NCBI GenBank assembly: GCA_951406725.2
Contig: OX597828.1
Span: forward strand, 64,418,001 to 64,482,000
Direction of reading: 5' to 3'
DNA: 64,000 nt
Source: Octopus vulgaris
Taxonomy: Eukaryota
Shown: positions 1 through 11,687 of the stretch, one piece after another
How positions within the stretch are numbered: position 1 is the stretch's first letter
Layout: each line of letters begins with the position of its first letter
The notes under the pieces: generated by a model
What the model saw: only the letters and a program-made list of their open reading frames with translations
What the model was told of the DNA's origin: nothing
Database searches by the model: none
Position numbers and translations under genes: made by a program

Positions 1-869
1 CGTTTGAGTGTCTGTCTGTCTGTCTGTATGCATGATTATAAGCATGGAGTACATGGAATTACATTATATATGTATATACATACATTCATGTATGTGTGCG
101 TGTAATTATGTACATATATATGCAGGTGTATCTATATATGTATGTAAAAATGTATGTATGTATGTAAAAATGTATGTATGTATGTATGTATACAGGTAGG
201 TATGTACGTATGTATACAGGTAGGTATGTATGTAATCGTTCAGAAAAAGGACAAATTCGTTGATAATAAACAATTTTTAAAATATCAAAGACCAGAAAAT
301 TATTTGATGAAAATTTGACAATAAATAATCCGTTGGAAATACAAAAATAATATTCATTGGAAGGATTTTTAGATTTTTACTCTCACTTTGTTTAGGAAAG
401 CAATCCGACACACACACACACACACACACGCACGCACACATAAAAAGGAATATCCGTTTAAACACTCCTCAAAGAATTTTGCTTTTGTTGTAAAAGTCCA
501 AAGTTCTTGTGTTCTTGCTCCAGTTCTTCTCTATGTCCTGAGAATCATTGTTAATGGCGCTAGCTTTGCCATTATTCAAATAAATATCCCACTGTTGTTT
601 GTTTTGCTTTGTTTTTCAAAGTTCTCTATTTAAACAAAAAAAAATGGTCCAAAATAAAGAAGAAAAAAAAAAGTTCTCGATTACTTCCTTGGAAATCAAT
701 CTAAGAATGAAGAAATGAATGATGATTTCCACGCCATATCGACCAGAACAATTCCCTTTTTCAATCGTCCAAGAATTGCTGCAAATCAAAGTTGACTTTG
801 GCGAGATTCCGACTCAGTTCTTATAATGATAGCTTTCAAGCATTTTATGATTTACAAATAATAAAAATA

Positions 870-910
<41 letters not shown>

Positions 911-1187
911 AATTAAATAAATAAATGAAATAGCGATGGCGTTCATGGTTGTATTTCACAATATAATCATGACACGTGTGTATATATGTATACATATGTG
1001 CAATTAGTTTGTATGCACATACGTGTGTACATGCTATATACACACGTGTGACGATGAGTATACGTTAATTCCAAAATATTGATTCAATTTGAAGAATGAG
1101 GGTCCGTTTGCTTTGTTCCTGGGTACCTATGTGAACATACATACATACATATATGTGTAAATATATATATGCATGTATGTGTGTATA

Positions 1188-1238
<51 letters not shown>

Positions 1239-1300
1239 CGTTTTGACTGCTTTTACAATTTTATTATGACGCATGAAATATTCATTGCAATGATACTTCA
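1..1300. repeat. Near-identical direct copy of 13256-14566 (region downstream of neurogenin), ending at an assembly gap; probable haplotype/assembly duplication
   Basis: cgtttgagtgtctgtctg...gcaatgatacttca occurs at both 1-1300 and 13256-14566, differing mainly in microsatellite lengths and a few substitutions; ORFs 388..633 and 13651..13914 are near identical. Confidence 0.9.
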
Positions 1301-1400
1301 NNNNNNNNNNNNNNNNNNNNNNNNNNNNNNNNNNNNNNNNNNNNNNNNNNNNNNNNNNNNNNNNNNNNNNNNNNNNNNNNNNNNNNNNNNNNNNNNNNNN
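1301..1400. other. Assembly gap (100 N)
   Basis: Run of exactly 100 n. Confidence 1.
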
Positions 1401-1498
1401 AATTGTAAGCATTTATGTATTAGTCTTTTGGGTACTTCACTGGCAGTATATTGGATAAATGATATCCCATAGTGGGGTACGCTCATAACCCCTATCTC

Positions 1499-1617
<119 letters not shown>

Positions 1618-1640
1618 GCGCGTATGTATGTTTGCGTGTG

Positions 1641-2042
1641 TGTGGCTGTGTGTACGAAGCTTGTTTCCCAACCACACGGTTCCGGGTTCAGTCCCACTGC
1701 GTGGTACCTTGGGCAAGTCTCTTGGGAGCGACCAAATCTTTATGAGTGCATTTGGTAGATGGAAGCTAAAAGAAGCCTGTCATATACAGATATATGTGTA
1801 TGTGTGTCTGTCCGTGCGTGCCTGTGTGTATTTGTGTGAGTTTGTTCCCCCACCCCACCGCTTGACATCTAGCGTTGATGTGTTTACGCCTCTGTAACAT
1901 AGCGGTTCGGCAAATACGACCGATAGAATAAGTACTAGGCTTTCAAGAAATAATTACCAAGACCCATTCATAAAACTAGAAATTGAAGGTTGAGCGCCAG
2001 CATGGCCGTCGTCCAATGACTGAAAGATGTAAAAGAAGAAAG
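1641..2042 (+). mobile_element. tRNA-derived SINE family A (CORE-like, internal microsatellite)
   Basis: B-box-like ggttcagtccc, then ccttgggcaagt, internal (TA/TG)n, 3' ...cagcatggcc...aatgactgaaa; same layout at 10246, 10821, 22660, 36590, 61775. Confidence 0.75.
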
Positions 2043-2382
2043 ACCGACGACGATTGCTGGGTTTATTTTGCTTACGTTTTGTTTATCGGAACTAAAATAC
2101 GATCGACTAGAAATAGTGGCCAAATTCGAAGAAAATCTATAAAATGATAGAATGGTAATAACTGGGACCTCTTTGATTAGAAGACCATTGCATTAATTCC
2201 TTTACAGCCGACCTTGGGCAAAACAGAGAGGAATTTTCTTGGAAACATTCTACTTTATGGTATTTCTAGTTCATAAAACTCTAGAAGTACAGAGTTATCT
2301 CCCTTGCAACATAAGTCACTGAGCTTCAACTGCTTTCTAGCATTTTGTTAAATATTTCAGTTGTGTTTGTTACACACACACA

Positions 2383-2429
<47 letters not shown>

Positions 2430-2651
2430 TCACATGCACACACTCACACACGTGCGCACACATAAGCACGCGCATTAATATATGTATGAGTGTGAAAATT
2501 TACATCAAAGGATCAAAGATTCTTCCCCAGCCAAAGGCTCATAAGATGGGTTTCCCCGGTTTTGTGACATACATGTAGCACCCACTACATGTATGTATGT
2601 ATGTATGTATGTATGTATGTATGTATGTATGTATGTATGTATGTATCTATG

Positions 2652-2740
<89 letters not shown>

Positions 2741-2749
2741 GTCTTTCTT

Positions 2750-2791
<42 letters not shown>

Positions 2792-3031
2792 GATATACAT
2801 ATACATACATACATATATATACATACATATATACATATATATATGCATATATACATTCACACATACCATACATACATACACACATACACACACACACACA
2901 CGCATACATATATATATAAAAAATGGAGTTAACGCATTTACTTTCGACACATGTTTCGAAAATTTTGCTGCCCTGGTAACTATTTATTTATTTTTTCCGT
3001 GTTAATTGTTAACAAGATAAAAATACACTCA

Positions 3032-3123
<92 letters not shown>

Positions 3124-3145
3124 CATACATACATACATACATACA

Positions 3146-3177
<32 letters not shown>

Positions 3178-3663
3178 AATCAAATAAGTAACAGGATATC
3201 AGATATTGATGCAATACGACCATTTCAGGCGGCTCGAATCGTTATTAAGATTCGAGAAAACCTAAAATATCTTTCGATGACCAGCAGCCGGTTCGGAACT
3301 GCCAACTCAGAATGCTCTTAATTCTCAATCAACGCAGTCTACTGGCCACATGAGGTCTTTTGATGGTGGTAAGGAGTTTAATAAAAATTAGAAATAAATT
3401 ACAATCCCAAGACCCCCATTGTGATGCAGTCCTGCTATTCCAAAATTTTAGTTGTCTTTCTCTTAGCTTATTTCTGCTAAAGTAGTGGCAGTATGGAATT
3501 CTTTCATTCTCTAGCTCTGATAAAATATTTGAGAAAAAATTATATTAATATAACTTGTCTGTTGAAAATCCATATTTTTTTGCAAGTGAAGATGGCACTG
3601 TATTTAAATGAATGTAATGTTTGCATTGTTCGATTAAATGGAGCCTCCTGAAACGGTAGTACT

Positions 3664-3897
3664 TATTTCTTTATTACCCACAAGGGGCTAAACATAGATG
3701 GGACAAACAAGGACAGACATAGGTATTAAGTCGATTCCATCGACCCCAGTGCGTAACTGGTACTTAATTTATCGACCCCGAAAGGATGAAAGGCAAAGTC
3801 GACCTCGGCGGAATTTGAACTCACAGCGTAACGACAGACGAAATACGGCTACGCATTTCGCCCGGCGTGCTAACGTTTCTGCCAGCTCGCCGCCTTC
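3664..3897 (-). mobile_element. tRNA-derived SINE family B, full length, 12-bp TSD
   Basis: Minus strand reads ggcggcgagctggcagaaacgttagc...gagttcaaattcc (B box)...gcctttcatcctttcggggtcgataaattaagtaccag; flanked by aacggtagtact at 3652-3663 and 3898-3909. Confidence 0.9.
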
Positions 3898-4042
3898 AAC
3901 GGTAGTACTGCATTAATACCTGACATCCTATTACTTATTTGATGTTTATTCACCTTACTTCGAGCTGTGCGGATAATACCGGACTGACTTGGTTACCTTA
4001 ACTTAGGTACCTAATTCAACTGAATTTTAATTATTTCTATAG

Positions 4043-4085
<43 letters not shown>

Positions 4086-4598
4086 CAGAAAATGGAATTC
4101 ACTAGAAACTCTATTCAAAACCACTACAATTTTTTTCGACTCTTTCTCGCAGCTGTAGCTCATAGTTAAGATGAAGTACAATCCATTGCTTTGCATCGCA
4201 GGTGTAGAATGTGCCTCCTCAGGTGCCTAAAGTATAACGAGAAACTTATTTTAAAAAGTCACCTGTGGAGGCGTATTCTACCACTATGATACAAGACCAT
4301 GGCTCACAGAGCACCTCACATATGAGTTACAGATGCAAGATTGAGTTGAACAATTGTAGAGGTTCTAAATAGTAAATCTCACGAGACATTCTTTTATATA
4401 TTCGAGTATCCTTGGTTATGGCTTATCGCCCTTCAGAATGTTACCATTTGTTTCACGTATTTCACTTGCCGTTATCGATGACTTACAGCCTCTTTAACGA
4501 TGAAGGTAAATGTACAAACTTGGTCAGTATAACTGCTCAAAATCTATTTTAGAGTATGCTTGTTTCTGAATGATGACAAATGACCCATATACTTATGC

Positions 4599-4631
<33 letters not shown>

Positions 4632-4885
4632 TGTATGTATGTATGTATGTATGTATGTGTGTATGTGTGTATGTATGTGTGTATGTATGTATGTATGTAT
4701 GTATGCATGTATGTATGTATGTATGTATGTGTGTATGTGTGTATGTATGTATGTGTGTGTGTATGTGTGTATGTATGTGTGTATGTACGTGTGTATGTAT
4801 GTGTGTATGTATGTATGTATGTATGTATGTATGTATGTATGTATTGTGAGAGAAAGTGTGAGAGACATACACAAAATATCTACAT

Positions 4886-6824
4886 CACCTTGATCACCTT
4901 GACCGACCAGTCCGTCAGGTGTCCATTTGACACCGCTGGTCACAGCACGCTGTCCACTCCTCTCTGGATCGCGCCTTTCTCATCCACGTGATCCCAATCG
5001 TCCTCCTGAAATCGTAACTCCACCGTCGTAGAGGCCTTTACGGGTGGTCTTTTCCGCTCGCGCGGGTACCACTCGACAACTGCGTGGGTCCACCGATTAT
5101 CGGTGAGCCGGGCAACGTGTCCAGCCCATCTATACTTGCTGCGTGTATACTCTGCGATGACATCCTCTCACAGCTGGACTTCTTTCTGATGATCTCGCTA
5201 CTTATGTGCTCTCTCAACGAGATACCAAGCATTGACCTTTCCATGGCTCTTTGAGCCGTTACCAGTCACTGCTCTTCTCTCTTTGTGTAGCCCATGTTTC
5301 ACTACCATATAACATTGCAGGCAGAACTGCACTGTTAATGAGGTTGGTGCGGGTGGTCCTGTCCAACCTTCCCTTGAGCACATCCCTTATGCCATTGAAC
5401 GCCTTCCATCCGGCCCTTACTCTCCGTGAGATCTCCTTTTCGATATCTCGGCACATATTTACTTCCTGTCCCAGGTAGACATATTCCCTTACCTCCTCTA
5501 TTTCATCACTGCCGATCACCATTCGACCTGTTGGTACGTTGTCTGACCGCATGAACTTTGTTTTCATGCGATTCATCTTGAGACCTACTGCAGAGCTTTT
5601 GATGTTGAGCTCGGTCAGCATGGTCTGAAGCTGATCCGTGTTTTCAGCGATGAGTACGATGTCGTCAGCGAAACGGAGGTGGGTGAGGAGCTCACCATTG
5701 ATGTTGACACCACCTGCCGTCGATGCCTCTGATGATCTGTTCGAGATATGCAGTGAAAAGTTTTGGGGAGATTGTATCTCCTTGCTTCACTCCCTTCTCG
5801 ACCGGCACTCGTATGGGTGATGACAGTAGAGCTATGTTGGTGGTGCATCCGGAATTTGCCTCTCTGAGCAGCTGCACATATTGCGCTTCGACTCCTTGCC
5901 TCTGCAGTGAGTTCAGCACTGCGTTGGTTTCGACGCTATCGAAGGCCTTCTCATAGTCGATAAACGCAACGCAAAGAGGTAGCTTGTACTCATTTGCTCG
6001 CTCAAGCAGTTGCGTTAGAGTAAATATATGGTCCATCGTGCAGTAGTTCTTCCGAAAACCTGCTTGTTCCCTCGGTTGTTGTTCGTCGAGACGACGTGAT
6101 AAACTGTTCAGAATTATCTTCGTGAACAGCTTGTATACGTGAGACAGCAGGTATATGGGTCGGTAGTTCTTTAGATCTTCTTTGTCGCCCTTCTTATACA
6201 GCAGGATGGTATTTGACTCTTTCCACTGCGAGAGAATTTTTCCCTCGTCTAGATAGTGCGTAAATCGCTCAGCGAGGATTTTCCAGAGCTGCTCTCTGCC
6301 TGACTTCAGCACCTCCGATGTTATACCGTCTTTCCCTGGAGCCTTTCCGTTTTTCATCGAGTTGATGGCTCTTTAAACCTCACTGACAAGGATAGGTGGC
6401 ACGTTTTCTTCCTGTTGGAGTGGTGGTAACGGCTGGACATTTCTGGTAGACTTAAAGAGCTTGGTGTAGAAGTCTTCGCAAACTTTTTCCATGTCAATCT
6501 TCACGTTGACCGGTATTCCATCTGTATTTTTCAGGGCCGTCACCTCCGATCTATATAGTACCATGTCCCTCTTGCATTTCTTGAGGCTCTTCTTTTCCTC
6601 TGCGGCCTTCAAGAGCTTCTCCACCCGATATGCCTCAAAGTCTTTCTTTAGTTGCTGACGAATAACTCTGCTGAGAATGGAATATTCAAGGTGATCTTCA
6701 ATAGACCTCTTCATATTTTTCCTCTTCTCGAGTAACTTCGTAGTTTCTTCCTAGATTCTTCCCTTCTTTTCTCTTGGGCATACTCCCTTAGCCTTCCTTA
6801 AACACTCCTTCAGTTTCCCTATCA
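4886..6824 (-). mobile_element. 5'-truncated RTE-clade LINE (frameshifted reverse transcriptase) with ~40-bp target-site duplication
   Basis: ORFs 6373-6714, 5692-6357 (KAPGKDG, NYRPI, EQAGFR, FIDYEKAFDSV, GVKQGDTISPKLF) and 5259-5621 (YVYLGQ, MLYGSETW); RFADD in the intervening frame near 5660; short tandem 3' tail (tcaaggtga)x2; direct repeat gtgagaga(a/t)agtgtgagagacatacacaaaa(a)tatctacat at 4846-4885 and 6825-6865. Confidence 0.92.
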
Positions 6825-6958
6825 GTGAGAGATAGTGTGAGAGACATACACAAAAATATCTACATAACACAGTCATATATGTACATGCACTTATATACGC
6901 ACATATATATGTATGTATACATACACATATATATGCATACACACACACACACACACAG

Positions 6959-6992
<34 letters not shown>

Positions 6993-7052
6993 ATATGTAT
7001 GTAAATATGTATATATATATGTGTGTGTGTATGCATGTATAAAGGTATGTAA

Positions 7053-7093
<41 letters not shown>

Positions 7094-7371
7094 AATCAAG
7101 GAACGGCCATAATAGGCCATTCACCCACTAGAAATAACAGCCAAAAGCTTTAACCGCAAAATAACATCAATTCCGTAAACCAGGAGAAAATTAAAAAACA
7201 TTTACCCTGTAATTTCTTATACGATGCACCGTTTCATCTACTGTTTAATGGTAAACTAACCTGATTAAATTAAATCAAGCCAATCTACCATAGGCCCTTA
7301 GATTCATCAGTAAGAAATAGCCAAGACGGAACAGATATTTTTCACGAGGCATTCCCGTTGCTGCCTCGGCA

Positions 7372-7459
<88 letters not shown>

Positions 7460-7462
7460 ATA

Positions 7463-7530
<68 letters not shown>

Positions 7531-7615
7531 CATACACAGACACAGACAAACACACACACACATATATATATAGTTGAAATTTATAGAAAAACAAAAGATG
7601 AAGATAGGTCTTTGA

Positions 7616-7675
<60 letters not shown>

Positions 7676-7683
<8 letters not shown>

Positions 7684-7927
7684 AGTGAATTGAAGAAATG
7701 GAGTTGAACGAAGATTGAACAGAATTCCTTTTATTGCATTCTACACATGTTTCAAAAGCCACAATTTTCCAAATTCTGATTAAATAAGGATACCATATTG
7801 TGGCTTTCTCTTCAGGAAAAAAATAGGAATTTGGAAAATTGTGGCTTTTGAAACATGTGTAGAATGCAATAAAAGGAATTCTGTTCAATCTTCGTTCAAC
7901 TCCATTTCTTCAATTCACTAATAATAT
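7676..7927. repeat. Perfect 101-bp inverted repeat (foldback) next to (TA)n; Penelope-like terminus
   Basis: 7676-7776 is the reverse complement of 7827-7927, with a 50-bp spacer. Confidence 0.9.
7739..7818 (-). ncRNA. Type I hammerhead ribozyme motif
   Basis: Minus strand: uuc CUGAAGA gaaagccacaau [31 nt] auuguggcuuuu GAAAC augu GUA gaa; stem I uuc/gaa, 12-bp stem II, minimal stem III, GUA triplet. Confidence 0.75.
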
Positions 7928-8197
7928 TAAAATTCAATTATCCGCACCAACGCACGGTTGCAACACCAAATGGTTTTATCTCCAACCGTGCTTTCTTCTG
8001 CTGTGATTATTGCTACCAAGGTATCGGTTAAACTTTTGATTAATCTGCAACAAGATTATTCATCTTTCTATTTACCAAATATATATATATATACATATAT
8101 ATATGCATGATCTCTGCTTTTAGACATGACAGGGATCTAGTTGCATTTTGTGACATATTCTCCTGTGCGCGCGCTCACACATTTGTGTGTTTTTTTT

Positions 8198-8241
<44 letters not shown>

Positions 8242-8727
8242 CTAACGTTTATTGGGTGGATATGTGCCTCGTCATGTAAGAGTGAGTCTGTGTGTGTTGT
8301 CTTTGTGTCTGTAAAGTTTCTCCTTGTGCGAATGTGGTTATTCCCCAATTACCTCCCTTGTAATACCTTTTCGAAATAATCAAAAACCAAAAAAGAAACA
8401 CGAAGCAGTTTGATGTATCCTGACAGTGACTCACGACTCACGTGTTTTTATTTTACTATCTCACAACGTCCTCGGGTGTTCTGCTACCATGGAAACATAG
8501 ATACAAATGTACACTTGCACATACGTACACATCAGCACACGCACAGTGCGAAAGATAGAAAGACAGATACATTCCTATAGGCCTTTCTTATCCGCTTGCT
8601 TCTACATATGTGTGAATTTATGCGTACATGTGTGTAGTATGTATGGGTGTATATACGTACATGTACATATGTGCATGCCTGTGTATAAATATGAATATAT
8701 ATACGTATATATCTATCTATCTATCTA

Positions 8728-8813
<86 letters not shown>

Positions 8814-9018
8814 AAGTTCAGCAACAATTTAGATTCAAATGAATATGGTACTTAATTTAGATGCATCAGAATTGTGTATGGTGTTACCATAAAAATATGC
8901 GGGGTGATTATAATCAAAAAATCATATTCTGCTGTAATATTTACAGCTTTTAATAAAATGTTGTAGTATGAAACAATTGTACTAAATTACCGGATTCATT
9001 CTTGTTGCTTATTTTTTG

Positions 9019-9057
<39 letters not shown>

Positions 9058-10245
9058 TGGTGTGTTTACGTCCCCGTAAAATAGACCGATAGAATAAGTA
9101 CTTCGCTTACAAAGAATAAGTCCTTATAAAGAAATAAATGATTCTATTATGAACTTCATCAGCTTACAGCTGTTTCTGCAAAAAGATGCAACGCACCTAT
9201 AGATGGACGCTTGTGTTAGAGCTAGAGTGATGCTTGAGCAGCATTCCCACCCCAGTGCATTGCCTCTTATAGCCAAAACAGGTGCTATTCCTTTGCCTTT
9301 CTAATTGCTTATTACCACCGCCCTCTACTTGACTGATACTTCGTTCTGAAGCAGGCGGTTACTGAGTTCCAACACAGGTTTCTTAGTGTCGCTACGTCTA
9401 AGCGAAATAATTAAATAAACTTTTACATATACATATACATATATACATGTATGTATATATGTATATGTATGTGTGTGTATGCATGCATGTATGTATTTAT
9501 TGGCATAGACATAGCTGTACGGCTGTGAGGTTAAGAATATTGCTACATTATGACTTGATTTGGTTAACGGAAACTGCGGAAGCCTTCGTGAACATTTGTT
9601 TTGTCTATCATTCCTTGAAAGCCGGTGTTAGTTTGTTTATGAATCTGTAACTTAGAAAGCCCGGCAAAAGGAAATTGAAAGAATAAGTTGATTTCATTAG
9701 AAAACCGTTCAGGCGGTGCTCCAGCGTGGCCGCAGTTCAACAATTAAAACAAGTAAAAACATAAAAGAACATGATAAGAAGAGCCGGGGTCAAAATTCGA
9801 GTTTTAAAAGCAGTCAAACTTCTACAGAGGTCAAAGGTCACCAGGGGTATTTTTGTAATTTCGAAATTTCAAATAAATAAATTTTCTTTCGCTGAAGGCA
9901 AAAATGTCAATAGTCAGATTTTTTCTTTTCCTCCAGAAGTGTTTTAAGCTTATGCGTTGTGGCGTTCATTCCTGGCTACCAGTTGCTCTGTGGACCAATG
10001 AGTGATCCTCCATGTGTTGACTCGATCTGTTAGTAATCACAGGCAAATCTGCCCCAAATCACACCCCATCATTTGAGGTAGAAGCACAGGAATGTGATCC
10101 TCGGTTCTCTACACATGGCAGAAAAAAAAACAAAACAGAAAGAGATGATCAGGGTTGGAGAGCTTTAAATCATAGGGCTCTCTCGATTAGGGATGAAACG
10201 GGAGGGTGAAATATGTATGCACTTATGTATGTATTTTCTCTTTTA

Positions 10246-10657
10246 TCTTTTACTCTTTTACTCGTTTCAGTCATTTGACGGCGGCCATGCTGGAGCACCA
10301 CCTTTAGTCGAGCTAATCGACACCAGGACTTATTATTTGGAAACCTAGTACTTATCCTATCGGTCTCTTTTGCCGAACCGCTAAGTTACGGGGACGTAAA
10401 CACACCAGCATCGGTTGTCAAGCGATGCTGGGGGAACCAAACACAGACACACAAACATATACACAGACAGACATATATATATATATATACATATATATGA
10501 CGGGCTTCTTTCAGTTTCCGTCTACCAAATCCACTCACAAGGCTTTGGTCGACCCAAGGCTATAGTAGAAGACACTTACCCAAGGTGACACGCAGTGGGA
10601 CTGAACCCGGAACCATGTTGTTGGTAAGCAAGCTACTTACCACACAACCATTCCTGT
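10246..10657 (-). mobile_element. SINE family A, near full length
   Basis: Reverse complement of the family A layout (gtgggactgaacccggaaccatg, ccaaggtgacacgcag, ggccatgctggagcacc). Confidence 0.85.
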
Positions 10658-10664
10658 ATGTATG

Positions 10665-10695
<31 letters not shown>

Positions 10696-10820
10696 AAATG
10701 AAAGGCTGGATCGATGCTTGTGCTCCATGCAGTGGGCTCTGTACACGCCGGCATGTATTTGCATATATACACGCCAAAGACATGCAGAACGTGGAAACTT
10801 TCAGATGATGAATTGATCTT

Positions 10821-11197
10821 CTTTTATTCTTTTACTTGTTTTAGTCATTTGACTGTGGCCGTGCTGGAGCACCGTCTTAAAGAGTTTTAGTCGAAGAAAT
10901 CGACCCGAGAACCTATACTTTGTAAGCCTAGCACTTATTCTATCGGTCTCTTTTGCCGAATAGCTTAGTTACGGGGACATAAACACACCAGCGATGGTGG
11001 TGTGGGCACAAACACGGACACGAACACACACAGATATATATATACATAACGGGCTTCTTTCAGTTTCCATCTATCAAATCCCCTCACAAGGCTTTGGTTG
11101 GCTTGAGGCTATAGTTGAAGACACTTATCCAAGATGCCACGCACAGGGACTGAACCCGGATCCAAGTGGTTGGGAAAAGTTTCTTACCACATGCCAC
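10821..11197 (-). mobile_element. SINE family A
   Basis: Same motifs as 10246-10657, same orientation. Confidence 0.8.
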
Positions 11198-11253
11198 TGA
11201 AATATCACTAATAATTTTCCGTGTGTTTATGCGTGTATATATGTATGTGTATG

Positions 11254-11326
<73 letters not shown>

Positions 11327-11471
11327 GACCTTTATATAAATAAATAACGTGAAATACACGAAGAGACGAATAGTTAATCCAAACAAGAAAGCACAAAAAA
11401 CACAACAACGCGAGGACGTGGAACAAATATAGTACTATTGGACGCTCAGGAAAGAAGGAAAGATGGAGGGT

Positions 11472-11504
11472 TTAACGTTTCGAGCGGAGCTCTTCGTCGG
11501 AAAC
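11472..11504 (-). ncRNA. Minimal hammerhead-like motif with variant core (CCGACGA)
   Basis: Minus strand: guuu CCGACGA a gagc ucc gcuc GAAA cg UU aaac; stems I and II pair, but conserved U4 is C; lies in a (TA)n-flanked ~250-bp insert. Confidence 0.45.
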
Positions 11505-11648
11505 ATAGGAGAACGAAAGATCCAGAGAAGGGAAGACAGAGGAAAAAAAATCGCCAACGGTACACACGAGGTCACATATATATATATATATATGTATATA
11601 TATATGCATATACACATATGCTTATATATATATATATATATGCCCACC

Positions 11649-11687
<39 letters not shown>

